This document shows positions 1-9,231 of a stretch of DNA of 64,000 nucleotides, piece by piece. The notes beneath the pieces were generated by a model. The model searched no databases and was not told where the DNA came from. It was given only the letters and a program-made list of their open reading frames with translations. The position numbers and the translations under genes were made by a program. Source of the DNA: a bacterium (lineage in GTDB: Bacteria; UBA8248); NCBI GenBank assembly GCA_965213625.1, contig CBDBZU010000004.1:2688001-2752000 (forward strand), written 5' to 3'. Every line of letters begins with the position of its first letter. Position 1 is the first letter of the stretch.

Positions 1-108
1 GACGTCGTCAAGAAGGTTCGTGAGGAGAAATTCATCCTCTCCGTCAACCGAATTGCGCCCGAGGTGGCCCCGGTCAAGGGGAAGGTGCCGCAGATTCCCA
101 CGGAGTAG
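1..108 (+). CDS. 3' end of a gene entering the window (unknown product)
   Basis: Frame 1 is open from base 1 (DVVKKVREEKFILSVNRIAPEVAPVKGKVPQIPTE) to TAG at 106-108, with GC3-rich codons typical of the window. Confidence 0.55.
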   Translation, partial: DVVKKVREEKFILSVNRIAPEVAPVKGKVPQIPTE

Positions 109-215
109 GACTCTTTCTCGCAGCTTCGGCCCAATGCGTACACCCCGGATGCTTCATCGATAACTCGATTTGTACTGAAAATATCCCGCCCGTCTCATGA
201 ATCGATTCTAAACCA

Positions 216-905
216 ATGGCCGACTTGCTCCATCATCCCTGGGAGATTGCGCCTGCCGAAGCCGTCCGGCTTCAAAAAGCGCTTCAAGAGCGTCTGGTGC
301 TGCGGCCGCTGTCGGCCCCGCCGAAAACGATAGCGGGCGCGGACATTTCATCCGAATGGCGTGGGCATTCCGGAGTGGGCGGCATGGTCGTATTCTCCTG
401 GCCGGATATGCAGCTCATCGACGAATCATTCCATAGCGGTGAATTAAAATTCCCTTATGTTCCGGGGCTGCTCTCTTTTCGGGAAGGATATTTGCTCGAA
501 AAAGCTTATACGGGCTTGAGGGAAAAACCGGACCTCATCATCTTCGACGGGCAGGGAACGGCCCATCCCAGGGGGTTCGGCATTGCCTCGCATTTGGGAT
601 TGCGCCTGGGTCTGCCTGCCATCGGATGCGCCAAAAGCCGCCTGTTCGGCGATGCCGCCGAGCCGCCCGGGGAGGAGAAGGGCGATTGGCGGTACCTGCA
701 TTCACCGGGTGGGCGGGAGATAGGCGCGGTCCTCAGGACGAGGAGGGGAGTCAAGCCCGTGTACGTTTCTCCCGGCCACCTTATCGACATCGAAGATTCG
801 GTCCACTGGGTGCTCGCTGCCACCTCGAGGTTCCGCCTCCCCGAGGTGATACGCGCGGCCCACAGACGCGTGAACGAGGAGCGGAAGATGCGGAAAAGAG
901 CATAA
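216..905 (+). CDS. nfi: Endonuclease V (deoxyinosine 3'-endonuclease)
   Basis: Motifs AGADIS, FPYVPGLLSFRE, DGQGTAHPRGFGIASHLG, IGCAKS, PVYVSPGH, RLPE. Confidence 0.96.
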   Translation: MADLLHHPWEIAPAEAVRLQKALQERLVLRPLSAPPKTIAGADISSEWRGHSGVGGMVVFSWPDMQLIDESFHSGELKFPYVPGLLSFREGYLLEKAYTGLREKPDLIIFDGQGTAHPRGFGIASHLGLRLGLPAIGCAKSRLFGDAAEPPGEEKGDWRYLHSPGGREIGAVLRTRRGVKPVYVSPGHLIDIEDSVHWVLAATSRFRLPEVIRAAHRRVNEERKMRKRA

Positions 906-933
906 AAAAAGCGCCCCGTTCGAGGCGCTTTTT
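904..933. terminator. Bidirectional intrinsic terminator between convergent nfi and cytochrome genes
   Basis: AAAAAGCGCC-ccgttcga-GGCGCTTTTT inverted repeat with A and T tracts on both sides. Confidence 0.85.
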
Positions 934-950
934 GTGTGTGAAGTTGAAGT

Positions 951-3899
951 CTAGCCAGGCGATGCGTCACTCGTGGTTTGTTTGTCCTGCGCCTCTTTAT
1001 CGGGTTTATCCGTTTGGGGTGCCTCGTTCTTCGCACTCGATTCGGCAGGCTTTGTAAATTTCTTCTCAATCATCAGGTAATCGCGCATCGCACGGATTTG
1101 CCGGTACGCGTCACCCCCGAGGAGTTCTTCGTCGATGGGCTCGCCGTGGCTCTCTACCGTCGCTTTGCCGATGGTTTTTCCGAGGTCGGTGGGCGAGGAA
1201 ATGGTCATTTTTTTCTCATCGATGCCCGTCACCTTGACAAGATGGGTAGCGCCTCCGACCCGCAGGGTGGCGAATTGCTCTTCCGGCAATTCGACTTCCT
1301 TGGTGGCTTCGAGCTCGTAGATGAACAGGTCGTCTTCCTTTTCTCCCTGGACGCCCTTGACGATTTCGGCCACCGAGCCCGCACCCTCGAAGAAGTTCGG
1401 CATCTTGGTTCCGGGCTGGATTCTGCCCGGATATATCAGCCAGTCAACAATCCAGTCGGGCCGTAGGCGATTCTTGGCGAACGAGAGGTTCGGTGCCGTC
1501 GGGGGTTCCTGCCCCGGCGGGGGCGGCCATGCGCCATGACAGGCCAAGCATTCGGCCATCTCGAAGAGTTGCTTTCCGGCCTTGTAGTTTTCCGTGCTCA
1601 CGCTGGTGGCGTCGAAATGGATGTAAGGGTTCAGTTTCGAGTCCAGAGCGGCGAAGTAGTCCACGAGGGCCGCTGCGTCCTCGCCGGGCATCTGGAAGCT
1701 GGGCATCCGCACCTTAAGCCACGGCCTCAGCGTCACGACGTTGCGCAGGAAGCCGAAGAACCAATCGGGCTGTACTTTTCTGCCTTCGCCGTTAAGCAGG
1801 GGAGGGCCGTTCGTCTTATCCTCATAGCGCCTGAGCAGGTCGCCGCCCCAGTTTTCGATGACGTGGCAGCCGTTGCAGTTGTATTTCTCGATCATCCGGC
1901 GGCCGTTTTCGATACGCCGGGCGCGCGTGTCGAGCACCTGGTGGACACTGTGCGGCGCGCCGTGCGGCGTCATGGAGCGCAGCAGGGTGCGTATGGAGGA
2001 GACCTCCGCGTCCGAGAATTCGAAGTTCGGCATGAGCAGCGTCTCGCGCTCTGTCTGGTAGAGCTGCGGGTTTTTCAGCTTGCCGAACGTCCAGGATTCC
2101 CATGTATGGGGCATGTCCACCACGTTGCCGAACGATAGCTCGAACGGCTTTTTGGCGGCGAAGCGAGTCAAGTCCGGCCCGATCTTGGAGAGCTTCTCCG
2201 TGCCGGGTATGACGTGGCAGCCGAAACATCCTCGCGTCGCCACGAGTTTCTTGCCGCGCTCAAAGGAGGCCTCATCGCCGAGTTTCCGGGGCTTGGGCCG
2301 TTTCGAGGCGGGTGTGAGGCTGACGAGGTAAGTGGTTACTGCACTCGCCTCCTCATCCGTGAGGCGCAGGCTCGGCATCTTGGTGTCGTGCCAGTATGAC
2401 TTGGGGTTCTTGAGCCACCGGAACAGCCAGTCAGGCTGGACCTTGGCGCCGATGTTCTGGAGCGCCGGTGCGAAATCGCGGTTCCTGTAGACGATTGGCC
2501 TGCCGTTCACGCCCTCGAGCGGGGGGCCGAGTTCCAGGTCTTTTTCGTTGCGGATGTGGCAACTCAGGCATCCGACTTCTTCGAAGGTGGATTTTCCTTT
2601 TGCAATCATCGCTGCGTCATCAAGGGCGGGGAATTTAGCCGATTCCACCTTGCGCGGGCCCTGCCGCCAGACGTAAGTGGCGATGTCCAGCGCTTCCTGG
2701 TCCGTCAGGCTGAAATAGGGCATGCGGGTACGCGGGTTGTAGTCTTTCGGCCTCTTGACCCAGGAGACGAGCCAGGAGGGTGATACTTTCTCCTGGATTC
2801 TCGAGAGGTCGGGCCCCACCTTGCGCAGGCCTTCCGTGCCCGGGAGGGTGTGGCAGCCGTTGCAGCCCAGTTCCCGGGTGAGTGAGATCCCGCGCGAGAT
2901 TTTAGGCGCCTCGGGGATATTGAAAATCTCGGTGTGGCAGCTTCTACACTTGGTCTGCGTTTCGCTGCCGTGGAGAAGGGGGTCTTCCCAGAATTGCACA
3001 TGGCCGTGGGCCGTGTTGAGGCTGGTGACGGCCGACCCTTGTCCTCCGTGGCAAAGCGTGCAGCCGACCTTGTTGAATTCGTGCGTCGATAGATAAAGGC
3101 GTCTGTTGGGGTGAGTGCGGAACGGCTGGGGCGCATTCTCGAAGCCCGCCCGGTTGATCCCTAAATGACACGTCTGGCACCGTTCCACCTTCATCACCGG
3201 TTCGTTGAAGTTGTTTCGTTCGTATTCGCGTAGGACGAGCTGGTTGATCTCGTAGGGGCGGGCGGCGATGCCTTGCAGCCGCCGCTCCTGGAAGGAAATG
3301 TCGCCCGCTACTTTTCGTCTCGTCGCCTGGAGCGTTTTCAGCTCATTTTCCTTGGCTTCGATTTTCGCCTTAATCGCGTCTCTCGCTGCTTCGGCCTTTG
3401 CCGCGACGGGCGTTATCTCATCGAGCAGGGCCTTGGCCTCGTCGACTTCCTTTTGCTCGGCTTCTTTATCGTGTCCTTGCCGAATGGCTTCCTGGAGATA
3501 GAAGTAGGACTGATCGTAAAGCGCTTTTCTGAAACCCAGTTCCTGCACTTTCTCGAAAGCGTCCAACTCGCTCTTCGTGAGTTCTTCCTTGAGTTGTTTG
3601 AGTTCCTCGTCACCCGCAAGATTTTGTTGTTGCTCGGTGATTTTCTTGTCGAGCTCGGAGACCGCGGAACCCGTTGTTTTTTTGAGTTTGGCGAGTTCTT
3701 TCTCTACCTGTGTTTTTTCATAGGCGTTGAACTGTTTCTGGTATTGTTTCCAGGGTCTGCGCGTGAACGCCTCGTCCCAGACGGTCCAGAACGTCACGGC
3801 GACCATGACGAGTCCCAGGATGAAAAACGTGATAGGACTGGTCTTCTCTTCCGGAGGTTTGAAATCTCGACCTTGCATCTTGAAAAAACGCTCCCCCAC
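951..3899 (-). CDS. Membrane-anchored multiheme (8 x CxxCH) cytochrome c with N-terminal coiled coil
   Basis: N-terminal TM helix, ~150 aa coiled coil, heme motifs CQTCH, CTLCH, CRSCH, CNGCH, CLSCH, CFGCH, CNGCH, CLACH; repeated (G/A)PxL...W...P...MPxF class-I cytochrome c modules. Confidence 0.92.
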   Translation of the reverse strand: MGERFFKMQGRDFKPPEEKTSPITFFILGLVMVAVTFWTVWDEAFTRRPWKQYQKQFNAYEKTQVEKELAKLKKTTGSAVSELDKKITEQQQNLAGDEELKQLKEELTKSELDAFEKVQELGFRKALYDQSYFYLQEAIRQGHDKEAEQKEVDEAKALLDEITPVAAKAEAARDAIKAKIEAKENELKTLQATRRKVAGDISFQERRLQGIAARPYEINQLVLREYERNNFNEPVMKVERCQTCHLGINRAGFENAPQPFRTHPNRRLYLSTHEFNKVGCTLCHGGQGSAVTSLNTAHGHVQFWEDPLLHGSETQTKCRSCHTEIFNIPEAPKISRGISLTRELGCNGCHTLPGTEGLRKVGPDLSRIQEKVSPSWLVSWVKRPKDYNPRTRMPYFSLTDQEALDIATYVWRQGPRKVESAKFPALDDAAMIAKGKSTFEEVGCLSCHIRNEKDLELGPPLEGVNGRPIVYRNRDFAPALQNIGAKVQPDWLFRWLKNPKSYWHDTKMPSLRLTDEEASAVTTYLVSLTPASKRPKPRKLGDEASFERGKKLVATRGCFGCHVIPGTEKLSKIGPDLTRFAAKKPFELSFGNVVDMPHTWESWTFGKLKNPQLYQTERETLLMPNFEFSDAEVSSIRTLLRSMTPHGAPHSVHQVLDTRARRIENGRRMIEKYNCNGCHVIENWGGDLLRRYEDKTNGPPLLNGEGRKVQPDWFFGFLRNVVTLRPWLKVRMPSFQMPGEDAAALVDYFAALDSKLNPYIHFDATSVSTENYKAGKQLFEMAECLACHGAWPPPPGQEPPTAPNLSFAKNRLRPDWIVDWLIYPGRIQPGTKMPNFFEGAGSVAEIVKGVQGEKEDDLFIYELEATKEVELPEEQFATLRVGGATHLVKVTGIDEKKMTISSPTDLGKTIGKATVESHGEPIDEELLGGDAYRQIRAMRDYLMIEKKFTKPAESSAKNEAPQTDKPDKEAQDKQTTSDASPG

Positions 3900-3946
3900 C
3901 GGCGTTCTGAGCGGAAATGCCGGGTTTCTAGGCTAAAATCCGGCTG

Positions 3947-3975
3947 ATTATAGGTATGAGCAGGACGGGCGTCAA
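3947..3975 (-). promoter_or_regulatory. Sigma70-type promoter for the multiheme cytochrome gene
   Basis: Minus strand TTGACG (3975-3970), 17 bp spacer, TATAAT (3952-3947), about 50 nt upstream of the start. Confidence 0.75.
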
Positions 3976-4099
3976 CCGTGTAGCGGGTAGTTTTGACTTA
4001 GCGCAATTACGCCTGAATACGGGGAATATATGCTGAAAACACAAGGTGGTTCAGGGAGATGACTGCGGGCGTGTATATTCCGCGTCGTCTCGCCTCGAG

Positions 4100-7000
4100 C
4101 TATTCATTTTGACTTCTGATGATGCCGGCGAGCTGGCCGATGATGGCGATAGAGATGGTGGGGTGCTCGTGGATCAGTTCGAGAAGAGGTTCTTTCTCGA
4201 TGCCCAGCAGTGAGGTGTCCTTGCTCGCGCGCGCGCCTGCGCTTCTGCCCTCATCGCCGAAGAGCGCGATTTCACCGAACGAGGCCGTGCGGTCGAGGGT
4301 GGCGAGGATCTTCGGCTCCCCGTTCTCCTGGTTGAGAATGATTTCAATTTCCCCGTCCACGATAACGTAGAGGTAATCGCAAGGGTCACCCTGTTCGAAA
4401 AGAACTGTTCCCGACTCTATCTGGATTTCCCTGGAAATGTTGCTCAGTATTTTCAGTTCATCCGCGCTCATCGTTTCGAACATGTTGACGCCTTTTAGAA
4501 ACAGGGCTTTTTCGATTGTCGAGAGCATGAATGTCTCCTGTCCGGATTGAATGTCGCCCTCTGCACCGCGATTGCTACGTTCGCGGCGCACCTGGATGCG
4601 CACCAGTTGATTCTCGTCATTCTCCATGGTTCTCAATAACGACTCAGCATCGTCATCATCTTTCCCGATTATTCTCAATGCGGCAACCGCGGCCTCTCGG
4701 ACGTAGGGGTCGCCCTCTGACGCATGCGCCTTGAATTGCTTGCACCACTCGGGTGTCGTTCCATCCGCTACGCTTTCAAGATGTTTCCCCGCCGCATCGA
4801 CGGCGATGGCCTGAAGCCAGGCGTTCCCCGAAGCCATATATGTCGTCAGCACCTTGTCAATCGATTCTTCAGGCATGTCCCATATTTTCCTGCCTTCGGA
4901 AACTTTATCGGCCGTCGATCTGCCCAGCAGCAGAGGTTCTAAAGCCAGAATCATGAGTCTCGTGTTGCCTGCCGAAGAGAAGTTCGAGAGCGTCTCGATG
5001 GCGATCGCCCTCGATGAGGAGCCGCCCCGGGCGAGAGATTCCGACACGGTGTCCACCGTTTTTTCATCCCCTATTACACCCAACAACTCGAGCAGGACGA
5101 GCTGTCTTTCCTCGACGACGTCTTCGAGCGCTTTTCTCAACATCGTGAAGGCGGATGCGTTTTCCCGGCGTTCGATAACGTGAAGGTGGTTGATGACGTC
5201 ATACACCTCCTTCAGGTGCTCCACGGCGAACCCGGAGAGGGAGTCCACGATTTCCTGAGCGCCCATCTCGCGGGAGCCGTTATTTCCGCTTCTGAACAAT
5301 AGCGGGGCGAGAAACGAAAACATCCCGGAGCCTTCGAGAGACAGGGTTCCTTTTCGCTTCATGTTCTTAAGCGATTCGACGGCCTCTCCTCTCACCAGGG
5401 AATCGACGTCCGAAAGAGCGGCCAGAACGAGGTCGAAGTTTTCACGCGAGCTCTTGTTGCCCAGTTGCCGGACGCCTCTGCGCCTGATGGCCGCACTCTC
5501 ATCCGAGGTGGTCACCCGAAGGACTTCCTCCATGCTCTCCTCGTCGACCCCCTGGTTCGCGGCCAGAACTTCTATCGCCTCCAAAGCGGCTTCACGGACT
5601 TTCTCCTCCTCCTGGTAGAGATAGGGAATCAAGCGTTTAATGAAGCGCGGGTTCTGAAGTTCCCCCATGCACCGCAGGGCGCAGATTCTGGCCGCTGCGT
5701 CTTCTTCGTTCAGCATCCGGTGCAGCGTTTGCAGGCCGTTGGCGAGCCAGAACAGATCGTCGGAGCGGACGAGAAGCTCGACGGCGCGCGCCCTGACTTC
5801 GGGTGAGTCGTCTTCCAGGTTTTCATGCACGAACTCTGCCGTCTCATCGGTCAGCCCGATGCTTTCCGCCGCATCCATGGCGGCGCACTGAAGGACGGAC
5901 TCACCGCAGGTGAGGTGTTGTTTCAGCAAAGGTCGCATTTGCTCGCCCTCTTCGGCTCCTGGAGCCTTGGCGAGAATTTTGAGCAACTCGGCCGCCGCGT
6001 GTCCTTCTCGTCGGGGAATTTCTTCGAGAATGATTTGAAAAGTTTCGCTTCTGCCGCTTTCCGCCATCATCTGCGCGGTGAAGACGCAGAGCTCGTCATC
6101 GCCCTCGCGAATATTTTTCCTGAGTGTCGCCATGCTCTCATCGTCAACCGGGCCGTATCCCTCTTGGGCGTAGCGGAACAGCCCCAGGTTTCTCTCCTCG
6201 AGCATCCGGCGCAGTGCGGCGCTGTATTCATGGCGTACGAAAAACCCTGTGGCCAGATAAGCGAAGGCGATGAACAAGGAGATGAGCGCCACCCAGCCTG
6301 CGCTCAAGGGGAATAGGGCGAGGCCGGTGGGTTTGATGATGAGCAGGGCGACGCCGCTGACGATACTTGCCACTGCCACCACCTGGCCTGCGACGAACGC
6401 GCCCACGCGCGCGCGGATAGAGGGGGAGACGGCATTATAGAGCAGGGCGTTTATGGCGTTTCGAATCGACTCCTGGAGGTTCTTGTTGTTGAAGCGCAGG
6501 AAGACGGCGGAATAAAACCCGGGCGAAATCGCCATGCCCGCGAGACCGATGATGGTCGTAAGCGGATAGAGGAGGTTCGCCGTTCCCAGTCCGAGCCGCT
6601 TGATGATGCGCGGGGTGATGAACGTCTGGACGAGCAGCGAGAAGGCGCTACCGATGGCGGTGAAATACCCGAGGAACGAGGCGAGCTGCGCGCGGTCGGG
6701 AAAAGCCTCGCGGAAGACGAGGCTGTACTGGAAATCCTGGAAACTCCTGAGAATCACCACGATGAAACTGAATAGCGCGAACGCGCAGACGTACCGGTTC
6801 GTCCGCATAAGCGCGAGGTTGCCGCCTTTTGAGGCCGTTTTCTTCGTCGTTTTGCGTTTTTTTGGGCCTGCATCTTCGATCAGGTGGTCCTTGAGCCGCC
6901 ATTCGGCGTATTGGACCACCCCGATACTGACGACGATGGCGCCGATCCACACATAGAGCAGGTTCGAGACGCTCCCCAGTACGGGGATGAGCAGCGGAAT

Positions 7001-7510
7001 GGCCAGACCGCCCAGTATGCCGCCATAGCGGCCCCCTGTCAGGATGATCGGAACCAGCCGCTTGGATTGCAAGACGTCCAAGTACTGGCCGTACAGAGCG
7101 CGGAAATTGTTCGGCAGCATGTTCGTGAACATGACGAACAGCGTGTGGAGAAGCGGGAAAGCGATGGGCATCGCATAGGCGCGGAAATCCGCGAATATGA
7201 GTAGCTTGATACCGAAAACGAGCGCGATGAAAAAAATCAAGACGGTCTTGAACATCGCCGGAATCGAGAGTTTTTCGGTCAGTGATGAGTAGAAAGTGCT
7301 GATGAAGATGATCATCAGGGCGTTGAATATGTACATATAGGGGAGAAAACCCGGGCCGACTTCCGAGAGGAACAACGCTTCGGATACGGTGAGCCCGATG
7401 GAGAACTGGATCCCGATCAGGAAGTAGAAGAAAAAGAACACGGAGAAGACGAGCAACTCCTCTTCCTGGATGTTGAACGCTTTTTTGAGGAGTTTCGCCA
7501 TATCGGTCAC
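4100..7510 (-). CDS. NTT/TLC (Npt1-like) membrane transporter fused to HEAT repeats and a C-terminal cyclic-nucleotide-binding domain
   Basis: ~12 TM N-terminal region (ALFLSEVG..LPYMY, QSKRLVPII, FLGYF, RLGLG), HEAT-like repeats (DDSPEVRARAV, EEKVREAAL, DPYVREAAV), cNMP domain (LFEQGDPCDYLYVIVDGEI, FGEIALF..GRSAGARA). Confidence 0.85.
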   Translation of the reverse strand: MTDMAKLLKKAFNIQEEELLVFSVFFFFYFLIGIQFSIGLTVSEALFLSEVGPGFLPYMYIFNALMIIFISTFYSSLTEKLSIPAMFKTVLIFFIALVFGIKLLIFADFRAYAMPIAFPLLHTLFVMFTNMLPNNFRALYGQYLDVLQSKRLVPIILTGGRYGGILGGLAIPLLIPVLGSVSNLLYVWIGAIVVSIGVVQYAEWRLKDHLIEDAGPKKRKTTKKTASKGGNLALMRTNRYVCAFALFSFIVVILRSFQDFQYSLVFREAFPDRAQLASFLGYFTAIGSAFSLLVQTFITPRIIKRLGLGTANLLYPLTTIIGLAGMAISPGFYSAVFLRFNNKNLQESIRNAINALLYNAVSPSIRARVGAFVAGQVVAVASIVSGVALLIIKPTGLALFPLSAGWVALISLFIAFAYLATGFFVRHEYSAALRRMLEERNLGLFRYAQEGYGPVDDESMATLRKNIREGDDELCVFTAQMMAESGRSETFQIILEEIPRREGHAAAELLKILAKAPGAEEGEQMRPLLKQHLTCGESVLQCAAMDAAESIGLTDETAEFVHENLEDDSPEVRARAVELLVRSDDLFWLANGLQTLHRMLNEEDAAARICALRCMGELQNPRFIKRLIPYLYQEEEKVREAALEAIEVLAANQGVDEESMEEVLRVTTSDESAAIRRRGVRQLGNKSSRENFDLVLAALSDVDSLVRGEAVESLKNMKRKGTLSLEGSGMFSFLAPLLFRSGNNGSREMGAQEIVDSLSGFAVEHLKEVYDVINHLHVIERRENASAFTMLRKALEDVVEERQLVLLELLGVIGDEKTVDTVSESLARGGSSSRAIAIETLSNFSSAGNTRLMILALEPLLLGRSTADKVSEGRKIWDMPEESIDKVLTTYMASGNAWLQAIAVDAAGKHLESVADGTTPEWCKQFKAHASEGDPYVREAAVAALRIIGKDDDDAESLLRTMENDENQLVRIQVRRERSNRGAEGDIQSGQETFMLSTIEKALFLKGVNMFETMSADELKILSNISREIQIESGTVLFEQGDPCDYLYVIVDGEIEIILNQENGEPKILATLDRTASFGEIALFGDEGRSAGARASKDTSLLGIEKEPLLELIHEHPTISIAIIGQLAGIIRSQNE

Positions 7511-7599
7511 TTCTAGAGCGCAGGAGGAGGAGCCTTCGCGCGAGTCTTGCCCCGTGAGATGCCTGTAGTGATGACAAACGCGACCCGGCTGATTCTAGC

Positions 7600-9231
7600 T
7601 TAGAGTTTTTGAGATTTCCATGAGTAGAACGACAAGGCGTCCTCCGCCCACTGCGTGCAGTTCCGGCTGAATCTTTCCCAGCGGCTGTTGGCGCATTGGG
7701 CGCGGACGGGGTCTGCGTTGCCCTCGGCGATCAGGCCATTCATCGGCGAGAGGTCGAACTCGGCGCGAACCGGCACCCTGGCGCGCTCCTCGGGCTCGAG
7801 GAGAGTCAAAAAGCGCTCGAAAGCATCAAAGGCGCCGCAAAGCTTCTCGCACAACCGCTCCGCACCTCCCGCATACGCGACCAGGGACGGCGCCAACGGC
7901 GCATAGCGGTTCAGTTCCATGCCTCCTTCCGTGCGGTTCGTGATGCTGTCCACACCGACGACCCCGATGGATTCGTCCGAAAATTCCACAGGGAAGAGCC
8001 TGGCGTAAATCGTTTCTACAACCATTCCCTCACGGCTGAGCCTGAGATGCACGCGAACGCTGAAGAGACCGAAATCGATCCAGCTGCATATGAGTGGCTT
8101 GTAGCGTGCGTCGAATACCTGCTCATAGTTCTCGATGGCGCTCGCCAGGAGGCGAATCGAATCATCCCTGGAGCGGGAAGATTCACGCAGTTCGGATTCG
8201 AGTCTGGGCGCGCAGTTTCTGAGCATTTCCCCCAAAACATCAGGCGAAGCGCCGCCTCTCACCTTTTGGGTCTTGATGTAGGCTTTCGTGGTTGCCGGGC
8301 TGGCCTGGAAGCGATGTACGAGCCAGTCCATCGCTCGGAGGTGATCGGGGTTTTCCGCGTCAAGAGACAAGGGCAGGGGGGTCGCATTGTCCGTCGCGAC
8401 GCCGAGTCTGCTCAGGTCCGGAAGCCCGAACCCGTTGGGGTAGGCGTCCAGCCGGAAACATCCGCGTCCTCCGCCCCCTTCCTGCGGTTTGACGAAGAAA
8501 GTCCGCGCCCCCCATTTCTGCGACAAGGCGGAGGCGGAATCCAGAATGGCGGCGGCTGTGTCCGCAGGCCTTCCTCCGTTTAGTTCCACCACTTCATAGC
8601 CGGCCGTTAGGCGATGCCCGTCCGCTCCGGAAGATTGGGTGTCCTCTCCGTTTCCATTCAGGAGTTCATAGGTGGTTTTCTTGTTGGAAAGCGGCCCGCC
8701 GGGAGCGGTGATAGAGCCCGGCGCCACGACGATTCCCCGCTCCTCCAGAACCCTGGCGAGGGTAGCGTCGTAGAGGCTTCTCTGGGCGGTCTGGCTGATG
8801 ACGAGCAGTTCTTTCGGCGCCTTTGCGGCGCGCGCCAACAGTTCCTCCCGTCTGTTCAGGACCCTGACGGGGATGGACAAACCGAGTTGCTTCAAGTGTG
8901 CCCGCATCACCCGGGCCGTTTCCATGGTGAGGGGCAGTCGGCTCGGGGAGCCGTCCAGCAAAAGGATTTCTCCCGGACGCCGAAATGGTGGAGCGTCTTC
9001 CAGGATGCGCAAGTTTTCGAATCGGGGTTCACGCGACGCCCATCGGTTGAGGCTATCGATCAGGGTTTCGTTCAGATCGCCGTCAGACGAATCGAACTCC
9101 TGGCTCACGCGGTACAGATCCCAGGCGCCGCCGCTTGCATCGGGCGTGAGATTGTAGAGGGAAGGTTCCCGCGCGAGCAGGGGATGGCTTGGTGTTTTTT
9201 GCGAGGTCAAGGTTTCGCTCTTTATGTCCAA
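7600..9231 (-). CDS. Divergent ATP-grasp-fold protein (putative carboxylate-amine ligase)
   Basis: SNKKTTYELL, FFVKPQEGGGGRG loop, and C-terminal EFD...AEGNADP (ExN) match ATP-grasp hallmarks; start overlaps the upstream gene's end. Confidence 0.65.
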   Translation of the reverse strand: MDIKSETLTSQKTPSHPLLAREPSLYNLTPDASGGAWDLYRVSQEFDSSDGDLNETLIDSLNRWASREPRFENLRILEDAPPFRRPGEILLLDGSPSRLPLTMETARVMRAHLKQLGLSIPVRVLNRREELLARAAKAPKELLVISQTAQRSLYDATLARVLEERGIVVAPGSITAPGGPLSNKKTTYELLNGNGEDTQSSGADGHRLTAGYEVVELNGGRPADTAAAILDSASALSQKWGARTFFVKPQEGGGGRGCFRLDAYPNGFGLPDLSRLGVATDNATPLPLSLDAENPDHLRAMDWLVHRFQASPATTKAYIKTQKVRGGASPDVLGEMLRNCAPRLESELRESSRSRDDSIRLLASAIENYEQVFDARYKPLICSWIDFGLFSVRVHLRLSREGMVVETIYARLFPVEFSDESIGVVGVDSITNRTEGGMELNRYAPLAPSLVAYAGGAERLCEKLCGAFDAFERFLTLLEPEERARVPVRAEFDLSPMNGLIAEGNADPVRAQCANSRWERFSRNCTQWAEDALSFYSWKSQKL

